From positions 2,592,001 to 2,656,000 of the forward strand of contig CAWJMB010000002.1 in NCBI GenBank assembly GCA_963843845.1: a stretch of 64,000 nt of DNA, written 5' to 3'. Shown one piece after another: positions 48,525-61,196 of the stretch. The DNA is from an uncultured Gemmatimonadaceae bacterium (GTDB taxonomy: Bacteria; Gemmatimonadota; Gemmatimonadetes; Gemmatimonadales; Gemmatimonadaceae). A program made the translations under genes and the position numbers. The first letter of the stretch is position 1. Each line of letters begins with the position of its first letter. Below the pieces are notes generated by a model that worked only from the letters and a program-made list of their open reading frames with translations, had not been told where the DNA came from and made no database searches.

Positions 48525-49120
48525 GTGAACCGACATCTACTTCCCGACGAGATCGACCTGCTGCTCGACGGCGAGGCCGGATTCGGCGTCGCGCCGCTGC
48601 GGGCGCACGTCCGCGAGCTGCGCCGAGTGCGCCGCCGAGCTCGACGACGGCCCGGCGCGCTCGTCGCCGAGCTCGAGGCGCTGCCGCATTTCGCGCCGTC
48701 GCCGCTCTTCGCCGACCGGGTGATGCAGCAGGTGCAGGTGTTCGAGCCCTGGCACGTCGCCGCTGCTCGACACGGCCCGGCGCTTCGTTCCGCAGTCGCG
48801 CCCGGCGCGCGTGCTCGCGGCCGCCGGCGCCTTCTCGGTCGCCTCGCTGCTGACGCTCGCTCCTGCTCTGGGTCGGCGCCCGCGTCGACATCCTCACGAT
48901 GCTCGGCGGCTCGGCGCTCGATCGCGCGCAGGCGGCGCCCTCTCGGCACTCGGCGACGCGGTCGCCGTCGGCGCTCGGCGACCCGGCCGCCGGGCTGCTC
49001 CAGAGCGGACCGGGCGTCGCGCTCGCTCGCGACCGACGTTCGTCGTCGCCATCGTGCTCGCCGCGGCCGGGCTCCGCGCGGCCGCGCGACGGCGCTCGGC
49101 AGCGCGTGCGGCGTGGCCGA
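48525..49120 (+). CDS. Putative zinc-binding (ZAS) membrane anti-sigma factor (frameshifted; end approximate)
   Basis: GAGGAG SD; RHLLPDEIDLLLDGE...HVRE then CAEC after a 1-nt shift; TM segments; follows the ECF sigma gene. Confidence 0.65.
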
Positions 49121-50291
49121 TGCGCCGCCTCGCTCGTCGCCGCTCCGCTCGCCGCTCGTCGCACTCCTCGCCGCGGCCGTCGCCCCGCTCGCCGCGTGCG
49201 CCGCCGGCGACCGCGGCCCCGGCCGCAGGCGACGGCGCCGCGGCGCCCCCGCCACGGCGGCGCTCGTCGTTCCCGCCGGCGCGCGCAGCGTCGGAGTCGT
49301 CGTCCTCCGCGGCCCGGTCGACGTCTACGGCACGGTCGACGGCGACGTCATGGCGGTCTCCGGCGACGTCACCGTCCACCCGGGCGGCCGGGTCACCGGC
49401 GACGTCGACTCGGCGTTCGGCAAGGTGCGCGTGCTGCCGGCGGACGCGTCGCGGCGCCACGTCGCTCGATGGCGGGACGCGCCGAGGCCGCGCCGCCCAC
49501 GCCGTCACGCCCGTCGCGCCGACCGTCGCGGACACGTGGCACGCCGTGAAGCTCGTGCTCGGCTGGCTCACGGTGCTGCTCGTCATCGGGCTCGGCGTGC
49601 TCGTGACCGCGAGCCCGTATCTCGACGGCGTCGCCGAGGCGTTCGAGGGGAGCTTCGCCCGGGCGCTCGGCGTCGGGCATCGTCGGGCAGATGCTCGTCG
49701 CTGCCGGCGCTGCTCGTGCTCGTCGTGGCGCTCGCGCTCACCGTCGTCGGCGTGCTCGCCATTCCGCTGGCGATCGTCGGCGTTCGTGATCGCCGTCGCC
49801 GGCCTGCTCACGCTCGGCTTCCTCGCCGTGGCGTTCGTGACCGGCCGGTCGCTCGTCGGCGGCGAGCGCGGTCCGACCCGCCGCCGTGCCGCGTCGGCCC
49901 GCGGCGAGGCGCTCGCGCGCTCGCCGTCGGCTCGCGGTCTACCTGTCGCTGTGGCTCGCCGCGGCTGCGCTGACCGCCGTGCCGGCGGTCGCGGTCGTCG
50001 CTCCGCACCGTGGCGCTCGCGGCGACCTGGGTCGCCGCCACCGCCGGATTCGGCGCCGCGCTCATCTCGCGCGCCGGCACGCGCTCCGAGGCCGCCGCGC
50101 GGCCGCGCGCGATGCGCGAGTGCCGCGGCCGCCGAGCCGACGCCCGTACCGGTCGCGGCGTCCCGGGTGGCAGACCCCGACGCCCGTCCACGGCGTCGTC
50201 GCCGCGCGCCGGCCCCGGCATCCCGCACGCGCGGCGGGCCGGCGCCGGTGACGGCGCTGCGCCGGCGGCGGTCCGGCGCCGCTCGGAGTGA
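49120..50291 (+). CDS. Membrane protein with bactofilin-like beta-helix N-terminus (frameshifted)
   Basis: GPVDVYGTVDGDVMAVSGDVTVHPGGRVTGDV repeats followed by multiple TMs. Confidence 0.6.
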
Positions 50292-50372
50292 GCCGAGCGA
50301 CCAGCGCCCACTCGACTTGCTGGCCCGTCGCTTGCCCATCCGATGGCACCGCCGCAACCATCGGAGCATCCG

Positions 50373-51360
50373 ATGATCGTCAAGGGATACCGAGTCGGGC
50401 CGCTGCTGAAGAAGACCGCGAGCGAGGTGATCGACGACAACGTGCTCGGCCTCGCCGCGCAGATCGCGTACTACTTCTTCTTCTCGCTCTTCCCGATCTT
50501 CCTCTTCCTCGCGCCGCTGCTCGCGCTCGTCGGCGACAAGCGCGAGACGTTCGCGTGTCCTGCTGAGCCAGCTCGCGCGCGCGGTCCCGGCGGAGAGCGT
50601 TCGCCGCTCGTGCAGAGCGTCGTCGAGGAGGTGGTCTTCGCACCGAGCGCGCCGGGGCTCGTGTCGGTCGGCGCGCTGCTCGCCCTGTGGTCGGGGTCGA
50701 GCGTGTTCAGCAACCTCATGGGCGCGCTGAACACCGCGTACGACTGCGACAAGGACTAGCGGCCGTGGTGGAAGCGGCAGCTGATCGCGATCGCGCTGCG
50801 CTGATCGGCATCGGCGGGCTGTTCGTCCTCGCGACGATCGTCATGCTCGCCGGCGGCAACATCGTCGACAAGGCTCGCCGACTTCCTCGCGGATCGGCGT
50901 CGCGGGGCGGATCGTCTGGACGGTCGCTGCAGTACGGCTCGCGCTCGGGATCCTCGTCGTCACGGCGTGGGCCGTGTTCTACTTCCTGCCCGAACGTGCG
51001 GCAGAACAAGTGGCACGCGCTCGCCGGCGCCCTGCTCGCGACGTCGCTCTGGCTCGATCGTCACGCTCGGCTTCCGCTTCTACGTCCAGAACTTCGGCAG
51101 CTACAACAAGACGTACGGCAGCATCGGCGCGCGTGATCGTGCTGCTCACGTGGATGTATCTGTCGATGGTCGCGCTGCTCACCGGCGGCGAGCTCGCCTC
51201 GGAGCTGCACCACGGCACGGGGGCGATGCGCACCCGCGTCGGCCACCTCTACAACGGGCGCATCTCCGACGGCGGCGAGGTGGCTCGGCCGTCGGTCGAG
51301 CAGGTGCACCGTCGTACCGTCCCGCCATCGCGCGGCGTGACGGTCCCGAGCGCAGCCTGA
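50373..51360 (+). CDS. YihY/virulence factor BrkB family membrane protein (frameshifted)
   Basis: LAAQIAYYFFFSLFP, ALNTAY, YVQNFGSYNKTYGSIG, GGELASE. Confidence 0.85.
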
Positions 51361-51368
51361 CGGACGCC

Positions 51369-52151
51369 CTAGCGTACCGGCGAGCCGGTCGCGCGGAGCA
51401 CCACGGGCGATGCCGCGCGCGAAGCCCGAGGCGCCGCCGCGCTGCCGTCGCGGACGCGCGATCTCGATCAGCCCATTGGAGCCGGCGAGCGCGACGAGGC
51501 GCGCCCGGCTCGCCACGTCCGGGTACGACGCGGACGCAGCGCGCAGCGTCCGATCGTCGATCACCAGCCTCGACGGCGCCGCGTGCGATGCAGGTTGGTG
51601 ATCGCGTTGCCGAACCGGTCGACCGCGATCACCTCGCCGCGCGATCGCGCCGTCGGGCAGCCGCCGCGCCTCCGGCGTCCGCCGGACGATCGGCGCGTCG
51701 TATCGGCGCGCCTAACGCCTCGATCGCGTCACGCCGCGAGCAGTCGCGCCGCGGCCGGCGCGAACACGTCGCGGCCGTGAAAGGTCGGCGAGGCGTGCGC
51801 CGGGACCGGCAGCGCGACCGACGCGCGCGCCCGGCGACGAGCAGCGCCGGCGACAGCACGCCGTTGTCCGGCCCGACGAGCAAGCGTCCATCGCTCGCGA
51901 CCGCGAGCGCCGCGCGCGCCGAGCCGACGCCCGGATCGACGACCGCGAGGTGCACCGTGCCCGGCGGGAAGCCGGCGCCAGTAGCGCGCGAGCGCGAGCC
52001 GGCCCGCACTCGACGTCGTGCGCCGGCAGCGTCGTGCGAGACGTCGACGAGCGTGCGCGTCCGGGGCGGCGCTCAGGATGACGCCCTTCATCTCCGCGAC
52101 GTAGCCGTCGGCCGTGCCGAAGTCGGTGAGCAGGGTGACGAGCGGTCGCAT
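51369..52151 (-). CDS. SAM hydroxide adenosyltransferase/chlorinase-fluorinase family (DUF62; frameshifted)
   Basis: VTLLTDFG, VHLAVVDPGVGSAR, VGPDNG, SPTFHGRDVFAPAAA, GSNGLIEIA. Confidence 0.85.
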
Positions 52152-52163
52152 GACGGTCGAGGG

Positions 52164-53566
52164 TCAGACGCGTGGCGCGCTTCCACCGCCCGCTACGCCA
52201 GAGCGACGATCATCGCCAGCGCCGCGGCCGCCGTCGCGCGTCGAGCGCGATCGTCCACCAGAGCCCGACTCGTCCCCAACCGCGCGCGGCCCACGCCGCG
52301 AGCGGAATGCGCGCGCGTCGTCAGCGCGGTCGAGTCGACCATCGGCGCGAGCGTATGCCCTGCCCCGCCGAGCGCCCCTTCGAGCACGACCTCGGCGCAG
52401 ACCAGGAGCTGCGAGACCGCGGCGATGCGCAGGTAGCTGCGCCGTCTGCGCGATCACGTCCGCGTCGCGCGTGAAGACGCCCGCCGCCCACCCGGGCGCG
52501 AGCGAGCGCGATCGCCGCGACAGCTACCGCCGGCAGCGTGCAGTAGCCGAGCATCAACCAGCCGGCGCGCGCTGCGCGGTCGACGTGGCCGGCGCCGAGG
52601 TTCTGCCCGACGATCGCCGCCGCGGCCGCGCCGAAGCCGACGCCGATCATGTACAGCCAGCTCTCGACGCGGAAGCCGAGGCCCGAGCGCGGCGAGCGTC
52701 GCGCGTGCCGAACGGCGACGCGGTGCGCGCGACCACGACGTAGACGAGGCTGAACAGCACGCCGGTCGCCGCGGTCGGCAGCCCGATGCGCGCGACCTGC
52801 GCGCAGCACGACGGGCTCGGCCGCCGACCACGCGAGCAGCCCGCGTCGGGTCGCAGCACGACGAGTCCGACGACGAATGCGAGCGCTGCGCGTGGCGACC
52901 GGTCGCGAGCGCGGCGCCGGCGAATCCCGAGCGCGGGGCATCGGCCCGAGCGCCGAGGATGAGCAGCGGATCGAGCACGAGCGCGACGCCGACGGCGACG
53001 CGCGAGGATGACGAGCGGCGTGCGCGTGTCGCCCGAGGCGCGGAACGCCGCGTCGACGACGAAGTATCCGAACAGCACCGGTGCCGCGAGCAGATACAGC
53101 GCCGAGGTATCGCGCGCCCTCGTCCGCTACGGCATCGGCGGCGCGTCCATCATGGCGAGCATCCCGTGCGCACCCGAGGCGGCCGGCGACGGCGATCGCG
53201 CCGCCCAACACCAGCGCGAGCACGAGCGCGTCGCCGTCGTCCGGCGCGCCGCGGTCGGCGGGGTCACGCTCGCCGTGCCGTCGTGCCGCGACCGCCGTCA
53301 GCCCGATGCTCACCATCTCGGCGACCGAGATCGCCCATCCAGACCCAGAAGATCGCCGCGGTCACCGCGGCGAGCGACGTCGCGCCGAGGCGCGTGCCGA
53401 TCCAGTACGCGTCGACCGCGAGGAACACCGTCATCAGCAGGTTGGACGCGACCGCCGGCAGCGCGACGCGGGCCATGAGCCGTTGGAGCGGCTCGGTCGT
53501 CAGCGAAGGGCGCCGGCGCAGCTCCGCGAGCGGCGACGGAACCCCGCCGTCGCGCTCCTCGATCAT
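52164..53566 (-). CDS. MATE family efflux transporter (frameshifted)
   Basis: ALPAVASNLL, FRASGDTRTP, LDPLLI, IVGQNLGAG. Confidence 0.85.
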
Positions 53567-53609
53567 CTACGCGCGCCGCGCCCGCGAGTGCGCGCCGCGC
53601 GACGCACCG

Positions 53610-54756
53610 TCAGTGCGCCGCGACCTGCTCGACGTCCGGTCCGCGATCGTCGTCAGCGCCCGCGCGGCCGCCGACGTTCGGCTCGGCGACGACGATCGGG
53701 CGGCCCGTGTCTCCGCCCTCCACGATGCGCGGGTCGAGCGGGATCTGGCCGAGCAGCGGCACGCCGACCTCGTCGGCGAGCGCCTGCCCGCCGCCGCGAG
53801 CCGAACACGGCGATCGGCTTGCCCGGTCTCGGGGTTCTCGAGGTAGCTCATGTTCTCGACGATGCCGAGCACCGGCACGCCGACGCGCTCGAACATCTTC
53901 ACGCCGCGCAGCGCGTCGCCGACCGCGACCTGCTGCGGCGTGGTGACGATGAGCGCGCCGTGGACGTGCGTCGCCTGCACGAGCGAGAGCTGCGCGTCGC
54001 CGGTGCCCGGCGGCATGTCGACGATGAGGTAGTCGAGCTCGCCCCCACGCGACGTCGCGCAGGAACTGCGTGATGACCTTCATGACGATCGGCCCGCGCC
54101 AGATCGCGGGCTGGTCGCGCTCGATGAGGAAGCCGATGCTCATGACCTTCACGCCGTGCGCCTCGAGCGGCTGGATCTTCTCGTCGCGCACCGGCGGCGG
54201 CTCGTCCACGCCGAGCATGCGCGGGAGGTTCGGGCCGTACACGTCGGCGTCCATGATGCCGACGCGCGCGCCCTTCTTCGCGAGCGCGATCGCGAGGTTG
54301 ACGGCGACGGTCGACTTGCCGACGCCGCCCTTGCCGCTCGACACGGCGATGATGCGGCCGAGCTTCGGATACTCACCGGCGTCGGCGCCGCGGCTGCGGC
54401 GCGCGCGCGGGCGCCGCGTCCATCACCGGGAGCGCGCGCCGCGGCGCGGGGCGCGGCGCCGACGCGCGCGCCTGGTTCGCGCGCTCGCTGGTCGCCGCGC
54501 GCCGCCTCGTACTGCGCCGGGTCCATCACGTCGACGCGCACGTCGGACACGCCGGCGAGCCCTCGACGGCCTGCCGCACGTCACGCACGAGCGTCGCGTC
54601 GTCGTCCGCGGCGAGCACGAGCGTGAGGCGCACGCGCCCGTCGGTCGTCGTCGCGACGTCGCGCACGACGTCCGCCTTGATGAGGTCCGTGCCGAGGCGC
54701 GGATGCCGGATGCCGTGCAGCGCGAAGTGGATGCGCTGAAGAAGATTGTCTGCCAT
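53610..54756 (-). CDS. mrp: Mrp/ApbC Fe-S cluster carrier ATPase (frameshifted; end approximate)
   Basis: [43 protein letters not shown]. Confidence 0.88.
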
Positions 54757-54774
54757 GCTCGAAATCGTACACGC

Positions 54775-55846
54775 TCACCCGGTCGCCGCGTCGGCGTTAG
54801 GCATCCCGTCCAGGTACGCCCGCGACGCGTCGAGCTACCCGCCGAACCACCGTGTCGAGCCCCACCGCGACGAGCGCCCCCGACGCCTTCGCGTGCCCGC
54901 CGCCGCCGAACTGCCGCGCGAGCGCGTTCACGTCGACGGCACCCGTGCTGCGGAACGACACCTTCACCTTGCCGTGCCCCAGGTCGCGGAAGAACAGCGC
55001 GAGGCGCGTCCCGGCGATCGAGCGCGGGTGCTCGACGATGCCGTCGAGATCCTCGGAGCGGACGCCGTGACGCTCCATCGCGTCCGACGGCACCGAGATC
55101 CACGCGAGCCCGCGCGCAGGGTCGACGTCGAGCGTGCCTAACGCCTCGCGCAGCAGCGACAGCTTGCCGACCGGCATCGACGCGTAGATGCGGCGGTACA
55201 TCTCCTCCGGGTCGACGCCGGTCGCGAGCAGCTGCGCCGGCGACCGCGTGGCAGCGCGGCGACGTGTTGCTGAAGCGAAATCCCCCTGTGTCGGTGAGGA
55301 TCGCCGCGTAGAGCGCGACGCCCACCGCGGGCGTCAGCTCGAGGTCGAGCGTCGCGCGCGAAGTCGTAGATCAGCTCGCCCGTGGCGCACGCCGTCGTGT
55401 CGCTCACGATCGATGTCGCCCGCCGGCTCGTCGGCCGCGATGTGGTGATCGATCACGAGCTCGCGGCACGCGCAGCGACCGCGCCACGTCGGCGAGGTTG
55501 CCAAGGCGCTTGACGTCGCTGATGTCGAGCACGAGGAGCGCGTCGATGCCGCGGCAGCGCCGACCCGCCGTGCCGGGAGTCGTCACGCACCCCGTCGAGG
55601 AGGAAGGCGTACATCTCCGGCCACGGCGTCGGGTTCACGATGCGCGCCTCGACATCCATCTGCCGTAGCAGATGCGCCATCGCGGCCTCGGAGCCGCACC
55701 CGTCGCCGTCGGCGTTGATGTGGGTCGACAGCGCGACACGCATGCCGGGCTCGAAGCTGCGCGCCTAACGTTCGGAGCGCATCGGCACGGTGCGGCGGAA
55801 CGGCGAGGAGGTCCATCGGCGCTGTCTGCGACTTTGGATCGTTCAT
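54775..55846 (-). CDS. nrnA: DHH/DHHA1 oligoribonuclease/PAP phosphatase NrnA (frameshifted; ends approximate)
   Basis: THINADGDGCGS, IDHH, TDTGGFRFSNT, KVSFRS, FGGGGHAKASG. Confidence 0.85.
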
Positions 55847-55933
55847 GTGGACAGAAGGAACAGATGGAGCAGCCGAAGGGCAACTGTTCAGGAACGCGGC
55901 GTGTTGCTTCACCCCTGCTGTCCACACGAAGAA

Positions 55934-55964
55934 GCCGCCGAGACGATCGACTCGTCTCGGCGGC
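55934..55964 (-). terminator. Probable intrinsic terminator after the amino acid permease gene
   Basis: 13-bp stem GCCGCCGAGACGA/TCGTCTCGGCGGC, followed on the minus strand by TTCTTC. Confidence 0.6.
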
Positions 55965-55984
55965 CTTCGTCAGCGTACGTGGGG

Positions 55985-57454
55985 TCAGTCGCCGGCGTAG
56001 CCCGGACGCCCGTTCCCGATGCGCGAGTGCGACTTGCCGTAGAGGAAGTAGATCACGAGCCCGATCACGAGCCAGATCACGAGCCGAATCTGCGTCGCGC
56101 CCGGAAGTCCCAGGACGAGGTAGCCGCACGTGAGGATGCCGAGGATCGGCACCGCCGGCACGAACGGCGTCTTGAACGGGCGATTCAGATTCGGGCTCTT
56201 GTAGCGCAGCACGAGCACGCCGGCGCTGACGACGATGAATGCGAACAGCGTCCCGATCGAGACCAGCTCGCCGAGCAGGTCGATCGGCAGGAGTCCGGCG
56301 CCGACCGCCGCGAGGACGCCCGTGAGGATCGTCGTCACGTACGGCGTGCGGAACTTCGGGTGGACCTTCCCGAACACCGGCGGCAGGAGCCCGTCGCGCG
56401 ACATCGAGTAGAAGATGCGCGGCTGGCCCATGAGCATCACGAGCACCACCGAGGCGAGACCCATGATCGCGCCGATGTCGACGAGGTAGTTCAGCCACGC
56501 GAGCTGCGGCACGCGGGCGAGCGCGACGTCGACCGGGTGCGGCACGTTGAGCTGCGCGTACGGCACGAGTCCCGTCATGACGAGCGACATCAGGATGTAG
56601 AGCACCGTGCAGAACGCCAGCGAGCCGAGCATCCCGATCGGCATGTCGCGCTGCGGGTTCTTGGCCTCCTGTGCCGCCGTGCTGACGGCGTCGAACCCGA
56701 TGTAGGCGAAGAACACGACGCCGGCCGCGCGGACGATGCCGTCCCAGCCGAACTGCCCAGGACCCTGCGCCGGCGGGATGAACGGCTTCCAGTTCGCCGT
56801 GTCGACGTACATGAAGCCGAAGCCGATCACGAGCAGCACGATCGCGACCTTCACGAAGACGATCACGTTGTTGAACCGCGCCGACTCCTTGATCCCGACG
56901 ACCAGGAGCGCCGTCATGAGGAGCGTCAGCACCATCGCCGGAATGTTGACCATCCCGCCGGGCACCCGCTGGATCGTCTCCGTCTGCGAGTTCCAGACGA
57001 GCGGTGCGGTCGTCAGCGAGTCAGGGAGGATGACGCCGAGCTTCCCCATGAAGGCCTTGAAGTAGCCCGACCAGCCGACCGCCACGGTCGATGCGCCGAC
57101 CAGGTACTCGAGAATGAGATCCCACCCGATGATCCACGCGATGAGCTCGCCGAGCGTCGCGTAGGCGTAGGTGTACGCACTGCCGGCGACGGGAATCATC
57201 GACGCGAACTCCGCATAGCAGAGTCCGGCGAACAGACATCCGAGCCCGGCGAGCACGAACGCGAGCACGACCGCTGGCCCCGCGTACTGGGCCGCAGCGG
57301 AGCCGGTGAGCACGAAGATCCCCGCGCCGATGATGGCACCGATGCCGAGCATGACGAGGTTCGTCGCGGTCAGCGTGCGTCTCAGCGTGTTGTGCCCTTC
57401 CTCGCCAGCCTCCGACTGGATCAGCTCGATGTTCTTCGTCGAAAACAACGCCAT
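55985..57454 (-). CDS. APC-family amino acid permease
   Basis: LGIGAIIGAGIF, CYAEFASMIPVAGSAYTY, FFAYIGFDAV, GELVSIGTL. Confidence 0.93.
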   Translation of the reverse strand: MALFSTKNIELIQSEAGEEGHNTLRRTLTATNLVMLGIGAIIGAGIFVLTGSAAAQYAGPAVVLAFVLAGLGCLFAGLCYAEFASMIPVAGSAYTYAYATLGELIAWIIGWDLILEYLVGASTVAVGWSGYFKAFMGKLGVILPDSLTTAPLVWNSQTETIQRVPGGMVNIPAMVLTLLMTALLVVGIKESARFNNVIVFVKVAIVLLVIGFGFMYVDTANWKPFIPPAQGPGQFGWDGIVRAAGVVFFAYIGFDAVSTAAQEAKNPQRDMPIGMLGSLAFCTVLYILMSLVMTGLVPYAQLNVPHPVDVALARVPQLAWLNYLVDIGAIMGLASVVLVMLMGQPRIFYSMSRDGLLPPVFGKVHPKFRTPYVTTILTGVLAAVGAGLLPIDLLGELVSIGTLFAFIVVSAGVLVLRYKSPNLNRPFKTPFVPAVPILGILTCGYLVLGLPGATQIRLVIWLVIGLVIYFLYGKSHSRIGNGRPGYAGD

Positions 57455-57500
57455 GAGGGGGTCTCTCTGAGGTGGGCGGGCGGGAGGAACCGAACGCGGC

Positions 57501-57530
57501 AAACTGCCGCGGCTGCTCGAACGTTGTCAA
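57501..57530 (-). promoter_or_regulatory. Candidate sigma70 promoter of the permease gene
   Basis: Minus strand TTGACA-18 nt-CAGTTT about 47 nt upstream of ATG. Confidence 0.4.
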
Positions 57531-57599
57531 TACGCGCGCGTTCGGACGAGGCACCGGATGTCAGCGTCGGGTCAGGGCGGACCTCGACCCGGCAGGGCA

Positions 57600-59198
<1,599 letters not shown>

Positions 59199-59229
59199 TC
59201 AAGCCGAACGCGCCGTCCGAGTCACCGGC

Positions 59230-60000
59230 TCACGCGGCGCGACGACGGCGCGCGATACCGCCGAGTGCGAGCAGACCGCCGCCGAGGAGCGCGATCGTTG
59301 CCGGCTCGGGCACGCTGGCGACGGCCGGCCTGACGTCGTACGCCGCGTCCATGAAGCCGCTGTTGTCGCCGTAGCAGCTCGGCCCGCCGGAGAAGCCACA
59401 GGCGTCGGCGATACCGAGGTACAGGCGCGTGGCCGCGTCGGGAACGGCGAACATCTGCACGATGCCGCTCTGCGCCTGACCGAAGTTCTGGTCGGTGGTC
59501 CGTCCGTCGCCGACGAAGAAGACCTGATTGAGGCCGATGGGACCGTACGACAGCCGGTTGAGCGCACCGGCGGCCGAGTAGTCGATGCCGGCCGGGGGCA
59601 TCCCCGCCGGGACGTTCGCGTCGAGGAAGACGCCGACGAGGGTCATGGAGCGCCCGGGCGTCACCAGCGACGAGATGCTGCCGGACGCCGCGATGTTGGC
59701 CGGCCCGACGCAGATGCCACCGCTGCTGTTGAAACCGTCTGCCGAGAACCCGGCGCCGCCGACGCACGACCAGCCGGCAGCGCTCCCGACCGAGCTGAAC
59801 GTGAGAACGCGATTCATCCCCGCGGTCAGCGCGATCGCGGTCGGCGCGACGCCGTCACCGCCGCCGGCGTTCCCCCCTGCGAGGTAGATGTTCGCCAATG
59901 CACTGACGTTCGCGATCCCGGACTGCGCGAGCGCCGGTCCGCTCGCCGTGACGAGGGCGCTTCCCACGAATGCGACTGCGGCTACGAGTCTGCGGTGCAT
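59230..60000 (-). CDS. PEP-CTERM sorting-domain surface protein
   Basis: Signal peptide ALA-Q; C-terminal VPEPATIALLGGGLLALGGIARRRR. Confidence 0.92.
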   Translation of the reverse strand: MHRRLVAAVAFVGSALVTASGPALAQSGIANVSALANIYLAGGNAGGGDGVAPTAIALTAGMNRVLTFSSVGSAAGWSCVGGAGFSADGFNSSGGICVGPANIAASGSISSLVTPGRSMTLVGVFLDANVPAGMPPAGIDYSAAGALNRLSYGPIGLNQVFFVGDGRTTDQNFGQAQSGIVQMFAVPDAATRLYLGIADACGFSGGPSCYGDNSGFMDAAYDVRPAVASVPEPATIALLGGGLLALGGIARRRRAA

Positions 60001-60158
60001 GACCAGTCTCCAGAGCCAGATGTGCTCGAGGCCACGTGCAACGCCGGAATTCCCGGCGCCCCACTATGCACCGCACAGCTCGCCAGGGAAAGAGTGCGCC
60101 GACTCCACGACGGCGGTCGGAGTCGATACGTTCTCCGTCGCCTCGCCGCCCGCCGGCC

Positions 60159-60710
60159 TCAGCTACTTCTGCCGCGCACCAGTCGCCGCAACCGGGCCGG
60201 CATGCCGAGCGGCAGGAAGAACGACGCCGCGTTCACGACGCGGTGCAGATTCAGATCGCTCAACTCCGCCCGCGAGCCGGTCCAGTGATCGAGCAGGACG
60301 CTCCGCCCGGCGTTCTGCACGAGCCGCTGCAGCGCCGTCACGAGCAGGAAGACGTCGTCGACTTCACCGAGGAATGGCAGGAAATCCGGAATGAAGTCGA
60401 TCGGCGTGAGGATGTACGCGATCGCCGCTCCGACGAGCACCTTGTCGATGGCCGAGACGCGCCGGTCGACGAGGAGTCCGCCCAACAGACGCAGGTACTG
60501 CGGGATCTGCTGCATCGTTCCGAGCAGCGTGCGTTTCGCGCCACGACGCGGGCGCATCGCCTTGCGCGCTCGCGCTGTCGCGTCGCGCACGCCATCGCGC
60601 ACGCCACCGCCTGCGCGCTCGGCGGCGTCGCGCACGCGTTCGGACACGCGGTCGCCGATACGCTCGGCGATGCGAGCCGTCTTACGAAGTCGTGCTCTCG
60701 GTGCGGTCAC
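60159..60710 (-). CDS. YkvA/DUF1232 family membrane protein
   Basis: AIAYILTPIDFIPDFLPFLGEVDD. Confidence 0.88.
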   Translation of the reverse strand: MTAPRARLRKTARIAERIGDRVSERVRDAAERAGGGVRDGVRDATARARKAMRPRRGAKRTLLGTMQQIPQYLRLLGGLLVDRRVSAIDKVLVGAAIAYILTPIDFIPDFLPFLGEVDDVFLLVTALQRLVQNAGRSVLLDHWTGSRAELSDLNLHRVVNAASFFLPLGMPARLRRLVRGRSS

Positions 60711-61177
60711 GGGGTGCGGTCTCCGGGTGTAGGGGCGCCGCTCGGGCCCGTGGTCGGTCCAGTGGAGCTGCCGGGCGGCGCAGACGGGGGTGCGGTCGGA
60801 TCCGCCGGCGGCACCCCACCTGCTGAAGGGGCGCTCCCCGGCTGTGTCGTCGCATCCGCGACGACCGTGCCGACACGCTGCGCCGCGGTCGCGAGGTCGG
60901 TCGCCATCGTCTTCCCGACCGTCGCGACGTTGTTCAGCATCCCGGCCGCCTTGTTCAGCAGCCCCATCGTGTCCGCGATCGTCGTCGCCGAGACACGGCC
61001 CGCGCGCATCTTGTCCTCGACCGTCTCCGCGAACGACTGGAAGAGGTTCGGCGCGGGGTTCTGGCGCTCGGCGTACTTCGACTCCAGGAATTCGACATAG
61101 TCGAGCACCTGATAGAGGCGCTCTTCGCTGAGCGGCTCGAGGCGCCGCGCGATGCGGTCCCGTAGATGTTGGGTCAT
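60707..61177 (-). CDS. Hypothetical protein with DUF2281-like N-terminus and Pro-rich tail
   Basis: LSEERLYQVLDYVEFLESKY; overlaps the ykvA-like start. Confidence 0.7.
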   Translation of the reverse strand: MTQHLRDRIARRLEPLSEERLYQVLDYVEFLESKYAERQNPAPNLFQSFAETVEDKMRAGRVSATTIADTMGLLNKAAGMLNNVATVGKTMATDLATAAQRVGTVVADATTQPGSAPSAGGVPPADPTAPPSAPPGSSTGPTTGPSGAPTPGDRTP

Positions 61178-61196
61178 GACAGAAAAGATAGACGCG

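Noticed and set aside
51369..52151. DUF62 gene as a fluorinase or chlorinase of a halometabolite cluster
   Set aside because: Housekeeping context with no biosynthetic genes; the widespread SAM hydrolase is the likelier identity.
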